A DNA stretch of 64,000 nt from Harriotta raleighana (lineage: Eukaryota), in contig JBNZDD010013699.1 in NCBI GenBank assembly GCA_050575255.1, positions 5,470,617 to 5,534,616 of the forward strand, in the 5' to 3' direction. Numbering within the stretch: position 1 is the first letter of the stretch; each line of letters begins with the position of its first letter. Made by a program: the position numbers and the translations under genes. Below are positions 51,131 through 63,399 of this stretch, piece after piece. A model generated the notes under the pieces. That model saw nothing but the letters and a program-made list of their open reading frames with translations. It was not told the DNA's origin and ran no database searches.

Positions 51131-53419
51131 TATTATAACCAACATGAACTAACATTATAATGCTAATCCTTGCATTTAATATAATGCCTTATCACATCTT
51201 CAAGATGTCTCAAAGGGCTTCACAGAATATAGTGTAAAGAGAATTGACTGTATATTTTATGGGACGAAACAAGCATTGAGAACCTGTTGTCAACTCAACT
51301 ATGTGGTCATATTGCTGCGATTTGGTGTTTGAAAGAAAGGCATGAGCAAAATGATATTTTGTTATATTTGTCACTGAAATAACTTCACATTTCTGCCTTA
51401 CTCCCAAATGGATTTATCAGAACATTTATTAAAGACGTTTCCTATTGTGTCCCCACAACTCACCATTTGTTATTATTTACTTTCATTGGGGCAGCAGATA
51501 TGTTGACGTGTTGACTGATTCCATGTTAAATGTGGAACAAACCTTTTAATTACCTGTTCAAAAACCCTCATTGGCTTTGCATCTAAATGTATCATATGCT
51601 ATGTTACTGAACCAGGCACCATAAAAATATGTGCTTCAATGCCTACACTGTCCTAAATTTGCTAACTTCACCCACAGTAGTAGAGACAGTACAATGGCTT
51701 CAGTGTCCCCATTTTATGAAGAGAGAAGGAAATTCAGACAGTGATTCCTATTCCTGTGGTAACAGTCACTCCTCCCGGACAATGTGTGAATATTGGATGA
51801 GAACAGAATCATGCTTGATGGCGATGCACTAAAGCTGAAATAGTCTGCACTAGCTATCTGGGCTTATACATAATGTATAAGCAGTTCAGGAGACGCGAGA
51901 GGATGGAGAGTGTGCATGTAAGTATGATTTGGTGGGGAGCCCATTTCATGTAGTTCCTCAATTTCTATTTTATTTCAGTTAGCAGAGAGAAGCAAGAAAT
52001 GGCTGACTCAAACGAGAGGTCAGGCACCGTGAGTGAGTTATTTCCTAAACCAGCCCTTTCCAGTGGAACTCAAACGCTGCTCCATGAATGTGAGAGATTC
52101 CTCCACTTCAAAAGACCCTGCGGCCATTGCATGTGCCATCATAAGAGAAGCAAATCAAACTTCAATGGCTCGTTCAAGATTCATTCCCAAAGATACAGTC
52201 AGTCAAATCCAACAGTTTTCAGGCTCCTGTTTCTCTATCTCACTGATTTGCCTACAATGATGCTCAACTGTTCCTAAATGTCTTCTCTGGCCATGTTGTG
52301 AGTATTTAATGTCTCTATGTCTTGCATTCGAACAATAATGCTCTTTGAATCTACTATTGTGTTCTTCCATGAAGCTGATACTCCAGTGTAGTTCTCAGAG
52401 AGTGCTGCATTGTCTAAGATACCATCGAACGAGATGAGACTTAAAATCAAGATCTGATCTATTTGTTCCTAGAAGATAATAATCCTGGCATTTGACGGAG
52501 CGCCTAATCATGTAATTGAGACAACAACAACTTGCATTTATATAGCTCCCTTATCACGGGGTAGTGTCTCAGAGAACTTCACAGAAGTGTATTTTGTGGC
52601 CAAAGGTGGCAGCCAATTGCACCCTGCAATGTCCAACAGACAATTGTCAATTGAGTAACCAAGGTTTTGGTGGGGGTTAGGGCCAAGATTTTAAGATTCA
52701 CATCATTTTTCCAGGTTAACAATTCCCCAGACGGAGTTATCGTTTACGATATGGTTATCTGTGAGACATTGCAAATTAGCTGCAACATTTGATTAAACTC
52801 TGCTACATTTGATTACAATAATTAGCAGTGAAGCACTCCAAAATGTTTTGACATTATAGATACTACATCAAATCCAAGGATTATTATTATGCATTTGTTT
52901 GAAAATTCTCTTCAAGTCATTCCATTGCTTCATTAGATCAATATTGTACCTTGTGTTGCTGGCTGCTTTGAGCAGCTGGTTCACTCTTATCCAGATCTGT
53001 CATCGAGCCCGGGAAGCAGCTTCACAGAAAAGAGCTTGCAAAATAGGCATTTGCAGCCTCAACAAGCCCTGAGCCACAAAATCCCATTACTCCACCTGCC
53101 TGGGCCCCTGTCAGTTCAACACTGATTACCTTGTTTAGCTCATGAAAATCCTCATTATTGCTATTTGTCCACATCCATTTACTTCGCCCACTTTCAACAT
53201 TCGACTTCAGATTATGGCCTTTAAAACAAATTGATAAAAAGTCATATTAACTGGGCCATTTTACTACTTATTTTGTATCCATGTTACATGTTTTACATCA
53301 CGGCAATACAGGAATTCATACCTCTATTTTCTTAATATTGTAAACTTTGTTGAAGATATTTGGAAGGTGAAATCTGTACTGTTTTATTTTCCATATCTGA
53401 AAACACATACGGACACAGA

Positions 53420-53680
53420 AAAATGATACATGGGTTGAAGAGGAGGCCAGTTCCCCCTTTCGAGCATGTTCTGACATTTTTGGAGTTCATAGCAAATTTT
53501 TTGAACCCACTTTCCCTGTCTTTGTTTCATATCCATTAATAACTTTAACTTCAACAAGTATCTGCCTATTTTCCTTTGAAACATTCCAATCAATAATACA
53601 ACCATGGCCTTCTGGGGCAGTGCATTCCACATTTCCACAACCCTTTGTGCGAAGAAATGTTGCCTGATCTCACTTCTAAC
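53420..53680 (-). mobile_element. CR1 3' end
   Basis: ORF 53384-53731 contains VRSEIRQHFFAQRVVEMWNALPQK. Confidence 0.85.
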
Positions 53681-54687
53681 CAGCTCAGCTGGTTGCAGCA
53701 AATCAAGCACACATTCACCCAGGAAGCTCAATAAATCTCATTACTGGAGAAAGGAAGAGTCGTGATTTTAGGTAACTGGAATCAGAAAAATAGGGTTTTG
53801 AGATGACCTTTTATTTTTTGTATAGAAAAAATGCTCATCTAATTCTTCATGATGTGATATCCTATTATAAAGATTCAGTGTAAAGATCATTATTATGCGT
53901 GATCAGGACATTACGCCCAGTAACTATTGCAGAGCTTTGAAATTGTTGGATCAAAAGCAAATTTGATACACACAAATTTCTAATGAGCCCCCACATCCGA
54001 GCCACAGCTTTAATGTAAGAAATAAGGATTGATCTTATCAGAATCCAGGAGCAAAGAATTCTGCAATACTTTCTTACCCTTGCTCTTTCTGAAAACATAT
54101 TTTCCACCAAGTTGTAGGCAGACTGTTCTAAGTGGCTAAAACTAAATTAACTATCTAGATGGAAATGCTACAGGAAAGATCACATGGCTGTATAATGTAA
54201 ATTTTGAAAGAGGTGCAACTAGTTTTCAGTAGTTTACTCTGAATCTTGTGCATTTATTTTTGGTTGAATCTTTAGTTGATCGCTGGTGGAATAGGAAAAG
54301 TATCCTTTGCCTCACTTGTAAATGTCAACAGTCCAATTCTCTGCTTGCCATTAAATTTGCCCGTTACATGTAATCACTAGAGTCTTCAAATTTACTGACA
54401 CAGAGAGAATAGTAATATGCAATTATAGTTCAGATCAGTAAATTTATTGGGAAGTGCCTGACTGGAAAATGTTTCCAGGTTAGAGATACTATTGACTGAG
54501 AGTCAAGCTTCCACCCAACCTTACGCCTAGTCTGATCTCAGAAAACCACATAGTGAGACGATTTCCATGCTCTACCAGCTACTATTTGGGCATGACAAAA
54601 TGCAAGAAACTTTCTATTGGAATATATTTAAGAATCATGATTTTGATGAAATGCAAAGTAAAGGAGATAAATTATGATAGAATATGT

Positions 54688-54968
54688 GGAGACCAGTAGA
54701 TCAATGATTAGCGAACTTGCCTTGTAAGTGAAAGACCTGAGTTTGATTCCAGTCAGGGCGAAACCTTGGGCAAATTTCCTTACTCCACATTAATATAAAT
54801 CCTTCAAAAAAAAATGTGCTCACTGAATCCACCGTTGTTTGTGAGACACTGCTGTGCGCATTTCATCCACAAATATACAGTTAATTCAATTTACAGTTTA
54901 TTAAGCTCTTTGAGAAATCTAGAAGATGTAAAAAGCACTATGTCAAATGCAATGATTGTTATTAATAT
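54688..54968 (+). mobile_element. Full-length diverged SINE
   Basis: Head, body and tail similarity. Confidence 0.85.
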
Positions 54969-55939
54969 TGCAACAAAAAAATTACACTTTTAGAGTACGT
55001 CTCAGACGTCTGTTGGTTGACCTTGATTGCTGTGTGTTGTTAAACATAAGCCTACTTGTTCTTCTCTCAATGTCTAAGTCAAAAAGGCTAGTTGCATTTA
55101 CAATTGAATATTTCTTATCATTTCAAACTTGGATCACCTTCCCATTCAATCTCCTACTTATCGATTCAGAACAGGTCAGCTCTGCTAGTTTTTTTTAATT
55201 CCAGTTCCATGTCCTAAAATAATACTTGTTGCTCTCCTCTGAGCACCCTTTTAAAGCTGCACACAACATTTCGAATGTAGCCTTGTCAATAATCTATATA
55301 CAATCAGCAACTTCCAGAGGGAGCTGAATAGCTTTCGGGCAAAGAAATCAATAGAGTGGTGTGAGGGATAGCATATAATATTGTTTTATTTAAAGAATAG
55401 TCAAATGGATCCCAATGTTTTTTTTCCCAGATCCCCTACTTTTCAAAATCTCCCTATTGCCTCAACCCTTTTACGTAGATCAGCATATCTGATTCCAGTC
55501 TGAGAACACCTTTGTCTAGTATGCAACTGTTTATCTTCTCCTATTTCACAATGTGTTGATGACCCATCAGTAGCTTCAGACATTTTGCATAGCTTTAAAT
55601 GTTTACCTTCACCTAATGCTTTTGTTGTGTTGGACTCTTTCAACCTGTACTCCTTAATCTTATAATGACAACAATGACAACAATGATTAATAATAATCTA
55701 TGTATCTAATATAGAATCTATATTTGAATCTAGTGACTGTTGACTTGGAGGCAAACGCAATGGCTTTTTTGATCATAATAATCCTTCCCATTTAATATAG
55801 TGCCCCTCGCACTGGGAGGAAATCTCAAACCACTTCACAGAATACATTGTGAAGTGCAATGATCATGTATCTATAACAAAATGAGGCATTTAGTTTGCAC
55901 ACAGCACTGTCCTATAAACAACCCTGAAGGGAATGACAA

Positions 55940-56229
55940 TCAACAACAACTTGGATTTATATAACCCCCTGGTGTTTCAGAGCGCTTCATAATAATGGAT
56001 CCCAAGGCTGAGCAAGGGGCAGGGGGAAAAAAAGGTGACCAAAAGCGCAGTTCAAAAGAAAAGTCTTTAGGCTCAACCTGAAAATAGGAAAGGAGGGGGT
56101 GAGGTGAACTGAGTGAGAAAGGGAGTTCCAGAACCTCGGGACATAATGGCTGAAGGCACGGCCTCCGATGGAGGAACAGAGGATTCGGGGGACACAGAGG
56201 AGGCCAGACCCAGTAGAGCGAAGGCAACA
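55940..56229 (-). mobile_element. L2 3' end (tail type A)
   Basis: Antisense LRSTGSGLL...GGRAFSHYVPRFWNSL...LKTFLL. Confidence 0.9.
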
Positions 56230-56239
56230 GGATTGGGAA

Positions 56240-56725
56240 AGCTTACTTCTCTCTTCAAATAGTAAAATGGGATATTTAACATGCAGATTAACAGACAGAT
56301 GGGACCTCACCTTAACATCTCATCCAAGGATGACAACTCCACCAATGTACTGCACCCCCATTGGAATATCAGTCTGGACTGTGAGTCTCAACACAATCAA
56401 GGCTGAAGCTAACAATGTTCTGATTTGGAGGTGGGAGTATTACCAACTGACCCAGGCTCACGCCTAATTTATGTTGGAAAAAACTTAAATGAATGATCAA
56501 TTTGCCTCCCAAATAGATGGCAAGACATACTCTCATTTCTTTCCTTTGAAATAGTGTCATATTTAATAAACACCTGAAAACAGGCAGCTCAACTTCTCAT
56601 CTGAAGAACAACTTCAATGATGCAGCAATTAGACTGGAGTGTCAACGTGGACTATAAGTCTTGATGTAGCAGTTGGATAAACCTGAAAGAGACCTGAGTG
56701 TGATAGCAACTAAGGCAAGCTGACA
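56240..56725 (-). mobile_element. Two old Deu-domain SINE fragments
   Basis: cttcaaatagtaaaatgggatatttaac...ttaacatctcatccaaggatgaca; gaaatagtgtcat...ctcatctgaaga...ctggagtgtca. Confidence 0.6.
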
Positions 56726-57534
56726 TCTTGACTCATTTGCTTCCACTATCTTCTATAGCACCTTTCATGTGGGGTAGCATATTGGAGAACTTTATAGAAA
56801 TGTATTAGATCACTAAGAAAGGAAGGAAGAAGAGGAGGAAGAGGATATTGACCAATTGGTACAATTGAAAGATAGGATTTAGTTGGCATGGAAGAAAGGC
56901 AAATATATTTGTAAGGGGCATGGGGTTGTTGAAAGCTTGGTCAATCTGAGGTGAGAAGCGGGGGTTAAGCAATGAGCAACAGGCTGGGTTAGAGAAGACC
57001 AAGGTGATGGAGGAGATCATAGAGGAAGGATCGGGGCAAGACTATGAAGGAATTCAAAGATTTAAGATTATTACAGTAATATTATTGAAGTTGTTCCACT
57101 GGAGAACGAAGAGTAGTGCAACATGATGTAAAATGGGGGATTGGGCACACACTGCCTAGTGTGTGTGAAGATATGGGTTGCAGTGTTCCAAATGAACTGT
57201 AACTTTTGGTAGATGGATGTTAATGATGTGCGGATAAAAATAATGAAATTCCTTGCGTTTGTGATAGCAACTTTCACTCCGAGGGACGTATCAAAGTGTG
57301 TCATGTGATTTATGGCAAAGTGTAGTGATTGTGTATTTTACAATTCAATTGTTTCAGCCATTTAACACCCTGAAATGCTCCAGAAACAGCCAAGAAGTGA
57401 ATGATCTGTATATTAATTAGGTGGCACAGAATGGAAAGGACTTGGTGCTTCTCTTCTGGACATTTCCGATTAAATTATGGTGGGTCTATTTATGGATGAT
57501 GCTGTGTTGTTGGTGGACTCACCTGAGCATATTC

Positions 57535-57912
57535 AGTTCTTGCCAGGTTCTAAACATTCCCTATTGCAGAATGGATCCATTTTACAATCCTCATATTGAT
57601 GTACAAATCATGTCATGCCCAATCCTCTGTCTACCTCTCTGACCTGCTTAAATTCCTCTCCGCCACCTGTCCCCTTTGCTCAGGTGGCTCTGCCCTTCCA
57701 TACATCCCTTGTCAATCCATTCCACCATTGGCAGCTGTGCTTTCAGTTACTTCTCTGGAATTTGCCCATTTTCGGATTGCACTTGAAGGCCTTCCCCTTC
57801 GTCTATCCCTTTCTCCTTGGCCGAACCTCAAGTTCTTTTACCGATAAGCCCTCCAAGAAGCTACCTGGCATAAATAGCCCTACATAAATATAAGTTGCTG
57901 TATTGTTGTTGA
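57535..57912 (+). mobile_element. Old L2 3' fragment
   Basis: YLSDLL motif and L2-type tail. Confidence 0.7.
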
Positions 57913-58367
57913 ATAACCTTTGGGTCGGCGTCCAGGTTAATGAATGTGCATTCATACATTCAGGGCTTAGTATCTTCCTTGAGTTGATTGCAGAGAAGTA
58001 AACAGTTCCTGGTCAAGCTTTACTCCTCCAGCGGGTTCAACCAGTACTCTATAGCAGGAATTTGTGTCCAGACAATGGACAATGATAACAATGATAGTTC
58101 CCATGCTCTCATGTATTCTATAATTCTATTCTATAATCATGCATAGGTTGCAAAGATTTCTAGGGTTATTATTCACCAAGTGAGAGCTCAAACCTGCACT
58201 TGTCAGTAGTCTGGTAAGCAGCTCCCTATCTTCCTTTTTAGACAAATCACTAGGGCAAGGATTCTTTCCACTCAGCTCCTGTCACCCTGTAAACCAAAGC
58301 ACTAATGGTTAAGGAAATCCTAGCTTCCCAAATACTTTTCAGAATTAGGATAGCAGGGTGTGTTCTT

Positions 58368-58690
58368 ATAATAATAATAATAATAAACCTTGCATTACGA
58401 TGTACTGCTTTTCACATCTTCTAGACATCTCAAAGCGCTTCACAGAATATACTGTAAAGTTAATTGACTGCATATTTGTGGGTAAAATGCAACCAGCAAT
58501 TGCACAGTGTCCCACAAACAGTCATGGATTGAAATGACCAATTTTATTATTGTGGAGTTTTTTGGAGGGATTATTATTAGGCGTGTGGAGTAAGGAAACT
58601 TGCCTACAGTTTTGTCCTGACCTGCCTGGATTTGAACATAAATCTCACACTTGTAAGACGAGTGCTCTAACCACTGAGCTATAGGACTCC
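58368..58690 (-). mobile_element. Full-length SINE (short variant)
   Basis: Ends gagtgctctaaccactgagctataggactcc. Confidence 0.92.
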
Positions 58691-59480
58691 ACTCCTTCTG
58701 GGGAGAAAGTATGCAATCCATTCCAGATAAATGGTAAACATCCATATAAATGGTAAACATCCATATATAGGAAAGGCATGTTCCACCTTATCTTCCCAAC
58801 AGCATTTCTAACAGCTGGTCAGGAAACATGCTGTGAATCACAGATTTCTAGATTATATTCTAATCCCTGCATCCCAAAGATAAATTCATGTTCTTGCTAT
58901 TACTTTGCAAATTTGTGTTTTGGGGTGGGTAGGTGGGGGGAGGGGAGTGGGTCGGAGGAGAGAGTTAGTCGGTGTAATTTCATACGTCTTGTTTGGATAC
59001 TCTTGAGCATGGGAATGGTATTGTATATGTGTCAGACACCCAGCTGACTGAAACAAAACTAATTTGTCTCTGGGGCCAATTTCACTTTAGCATCCAGCAA
59101 GGGGTTGAACCCTGCCAACTTGGCACAGGAAGGGATTTGAACCAACAAGTTTTTGTGGTGTGTGAACTGCAGCTCTATCCACTACATCATCGGAGCTATC
59201 CCCAAAACCACAAAATTAAAGACTCAATTGGATTACAGGGTAGTTTAGGGAATGACAAAGGGTATAATTGGAATTGCTTTAGCATTGGTTGTACACTTAT
59301 CATTAAGTTTCACAAATTGGCCAGTCTTGCATTTGGCACACAGAATGTCTGTAATTCAGTGCTGCTGCAATGTCATTCAAGCACCACCATCACCAGCTCA
59401 ATTAAGATAGAATCATTATATATGACTCAGTTTCCTACGGAGTAGTGTCTCTTCGACAAAGCACAAGACTTGTATTTTCT

Positions 59481-59630
59481 GGAGTCCTTTTAGCTGAGTG
59501 GCGAGAGCACTCGCCACGCAAATGAGGGGGATTTGGGGTTCGATTCCCGGTCAGAGCAAAACGTTGAGCAAGTTTCCTTTACTCCACCGCCATAAGTCAA
59601 ATGCAAAGGTTAATGTTGTAGTTATTATTA
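59481..59630 (+). mobile_element. SINE head joined to tail (internal deletion)
   Basis: ggagtccttttagctgagtggcgagagca...ggttcgattcccgg...gcaagtttcctttactccac, then tcaaatgcaaagg. Confidence 0.8.
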
Positions 59631-60421
59631 CATTCTAATCCCTTCGGATCACCGTGAAATAATTACTGGGAATAGTATTTCTCTCCACTACAAAGTTGTG
59701 GGAAATCGTTCATTCTACTTGGTTGTTTAGCAAACTCAACCTAGTAATACAGTTCAATAATTTTCACCAACCACCATCGGTGGAGGCGACTAAGAAGTGT
59801 ATTGAAGAGCAATTAAGGATTCAGTTTCTCTTTTACAGGGATCCAATGATATGTGAGAAAACATTATGATGATTTTGTACACGCAATCCACAGTGATTCT
59901 CGAAGTTGGAAAATCAGCCAATGCTACGACCTGGAATGATGATTTCATTCCTTATTGTATATTTTGACCCGTCACTCTCCAATAAAAAGATAATGTTCGA
60001 ATTTATCATTTGCACAGGGTCCTTCCACATTGGGGAAAAAATAAACATCTGGAAGCTTTTTTACCAAATAATAAGAGGCTTAGTTTGTTGTAGCCTTTGG
60101 CTACTTGAACAATTCCAAGTGCTCAGAATCCATTGCAAAAAACGATTAAAATGACATTTTCTCCTTCGCTGTGCTTATAAAAGAGGTTTGAAATTTGAAC
60201 GTGGGCAGGGTGTAAGGAAATCAAGCACAAGGCGAGGTGGAAAGCTAGAGTGATTTAAGGTAGAATTCTGAAAATCCACTCCCCCCACCCCACCCCCTCC
60301 ACTTAAATAGCTTAAATGTATCATTTGTCAATGAGGGTGACCTTCAAATCCGTGCTCTCTGAATCCTATAAATGTATAGCCCAGTAATGTAATGAAGGCT
60401 TCCCTATTTCTCTCATGACAG

Positions 60422-60475
60422 GTTGTGTGAGATGCCTGGGACTCAGGCGGGCAGCAGGCGAGCCGTATTTGAAAG
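60422..60475 (+). other. Candidate 54-nt internal exon
   Basis: Acceptor ttccctatttctctcatgacAG and donor AAG|GTGAGA. Open in two of three phases. Confidence 0.4.
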
Positions 60476-61313
60476 GTGAGATTAGAAATGGTTCCAGGTG
60501 CAAGTGGTTAATAAATAAAATAAAATGAAATGAAATAAAGAGCGCCGTTTGTACCATTCAGCAAACAACGAAACTTAAGGTGTAAAGTCTATTAGCGACC
60601 AAAATACTCCATAGCGTCTGGCGGTGGGTGGGGGGGGGGAGGGGGTGGGTGGGGGGGTTGGTGGCTGACATTGCTGTGTGTTCCAACAAAGCCCTCCTTT
60701 ATTTATAATTGATGAGGGCTGAAGCTTGTTCCCGAGCTCTTACTGTACAGGTTTGTGGGCAGTCGTGGAAGCATATTCGACGAGTGGAATATTACGGTAT
60801 TAGGGACACGCTCGCTGTAAAGCTATAAATTGCCAAGTGCTGATAAAGGCTTCGATTACAGGAGGAAACTTCTGTGCAGTAAAAATTTATGGATCCAAAC
60901 GGTTTGCAGCCGAGCTGAGAGCAGAATTTTTACAACGGCCATCAGACTTTTAAAGTTATCTATAAAAGCAATGGAGGTTTCTCGCGGTTGGAGAGCTGTT
61001 TGTTTTGGAGACAGGACAAAAGAGGGAGACACAGAATGGAGGCAGATGTATGTCCTTCGCACCTGTCATCTTACCTGCCTTTTCACAGCTACAACCTGTT
61101 CAATCTTACAGTGGCTTTTACTCCGTGAAATTCAGCCGAAAGTTTTAATAATGTTTTGCGCTAGACAGTGTGAGATGGGGGGGAGGGAGGGGAGGGGAGG
61201 GGGGGGTGATGGGGGTGGGGGGAGGGGGTGTCCCATTATTTCCAGAGAGAGACATCATTTTGTTTCCCTCCTTTGGAAACCGATGCAAAAGAAAGGTAGC
61301 TATAAGGACATAC

Positions 61314-61379
61314 AGTATATACATCGGTGGGAGCTGCTGTGAAGAGGGAGCCACGCTTGGACTGGGCGCTGAACCACAT
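61314..61379 (-). other. Candidate 66-nt antisense exon
   Basis: Long (TC)n tract plus TGCAG acceptor; ACT|GTATGT donor. Confidence 0.35.
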
Positions 61380-61395
61380 CTGCAGAGAGAGAGAG

Positions 61396-61430
<35 letters not shown>

Positions 61431-61896
61431 GAGACCTGTTGGCCACACTTCGCTGTTAGCCCAGCCGATCTCCAATAGAAAGTGAAGGATGACAGTCTTT
61501 TTTAACTGATGACTGTGTCCCTGTCTCTGTGTCTAGTTGGCACACACTATAATGCTTTCTCTGTTAGCCACACGCAGATTTTTGTTCCACGTTAAGAGTG
61601 CGCTGAATGTGTGCGATTATGTCGGAGACAAGTCTGGTGCGAAATGAATCCATTTCCATTCAGCAACGCGAGGATGTGAAACGCGTTATAGGCACTTTCG
61701 ACCTGATATATTCAAAGGAGACTTGTTAACTCCGCCGCCCTCTCCCAAGTCCCACACTTATTATTGGGTTTTGTTTTTTTTCTCTCTCTCTCTTTAACTC
61801 CCAAAGATAGAAACCATTTTCTAAAATTCATTTTTGAAAAGGAAACGTCCTCAGATGCCTGACTGAACTAAACCATGTTTGAATCACATCTGCAGA

Positions 61897-61928
<32 letters not shown>

Positions 61929-62074
61929 AATAGTATTTAAGTATTTAAGACGTTTATCAGCTGGGCGCCATCCACAAACTTTTTTTGTCTGGTGTTATTT
62001 TCAGTCTCTAGCAAGGATTCTGTGGATGCATATTAATACTGCAAATCCTACCTCACCGAACTGTTTCACTGACA

Positions 62075-62108
<34 letters not shown>

Positions 62109-63108
62109 GCAACTCACCAACCGACTACGTTGCTCAAATCTCAAATCATTATCAATCTGCTGTGTTTGGGAATCCAACTGTTCTAATAATGTATTTCATA
62201 AATAACGGCTTGAACGACTCTGAAAACAAATCACTCTCTCCCCCTCCCCAACCCCCACCCTTATAATCTCGCAAAAAATATGTTGGATGCCAGGCTGCTG
62301 CAAAAAAATACACAGCCAAAAAACATCACAAGATGTCGTTTAAACACCCCAAGTCGCCTGTATCAACCTATCTTGTGTAAACGGGGGAGTGGGGGAGGGA
62401 GGGGGGGAATTGTACATAAATCGCATACCACATATGGTCAGTTGATTTCTTCGCTTCTTAGATACCAAGCGATTTATTTGAGTCATGGGCGCCAGAGCTT
62501 AGTACAGTCAAACCTACATACATACAAGCTGTGAAGCAAATCCAACATCTCTCTTTTGCTTGATACCACTGCGAAGTTTCTAGCTTGTGATTTAAAGTTT
62601 CACGTCCTCGGAAAGACAGGGCATACAGACAGGGGAGAGAGTGGGAGAGGGAGAGAGGTGGTTGGGGGGTGTGGAGGGGGAGGGGGGGGGTGGGGGAGAG
62701 ACAAAGAAAGAGAGAGAGACTAATTGAAGTATCGATCAGACAAATATCAGCCAAACAACAAGCAACTTCTGTTCCCAACAGACAGTCCCTGGCTCCCGTA
62801 GATCAACCGAACACGTTCAATCCAGTCAGTTAGCTTTGAAAATAAAAAGCTAAAAGCTCCATCAAAGAGTAAAGTGTGTTTGCATTTATAGGCAATTTAT
62901 TGCCAATGAACATATGCCATATATTTTGACCAACGTCATTATCGAGAAGAGTAAACACAGGGCATAAGCTGAGAGTGTGGAGGAGCTCAGCCACTTTCCC
63001 AAGCTGGGCAAACGCACTTGGACAATATTAAGAGTAGATGTTTTTCTCTCTCTCTCCCCCTCTCCCTCTCTCTCTCTCTCCCCCTCTCTCTCTCTCTCTC
63101 TCTCTGGG

Positions 63109-63117
63109 TATATAAAG
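63109..63117 (+). promoter_or_regulatory. TATA box
   Basis: TATATAAAG, with upstream CCAAT (62903), GTAAACA (Fox, 62951) and TTTATAG/TTTATTG (62885, 62896). Confidence 0.65.
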
Positions 63118-63141
63118 CGCATCAGTCTTATCTCTCTGCAC

Positions 63142-63247
63142 GTACTCCTCCTGACTTTCCATTTGGAGATACTTCATTAAAACCAACGACAGACACCCAA
63201 GCTTTTAAAAGTGGCCGCCTCACTCAGTCCTCCTCAGCTTTCCCCAG
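63142..63247 (+). other. Probable non-coding first exon of an unidentified gene
   Basis: Starts about 30 nt after the TATA box (start estimated), contains no ATG, and ends in a perfect CAG|GTAAGT donor (GT at 63248). Confidence 0.6.
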
Positions 63248-63366
63248 GTAAGTCCATTTCTTTTTAAAGCCTGGACTTGTATTTGCTGTGACTTGACTGC
63301 ATTTGCCTGTCTCGCCAAGCTGGGAGAATTTGGACACGCTCTGGTTTATTCGCTTTGAATCGGTGA

Positions 63367-63399
<33 letters not shown>

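Noticed and set aside
58728-58766. miR-30-like GTAAACATCC duplicated
   Set aside because: Simple 19-bp tandem duplication with no precursor hairpin.
60830-61478. 170-aa and 102-aa ORFs in the right CpG island
   Set aside because: Non-ATG starts, driven by G-runs and GA repeats, with no recognisable domain.
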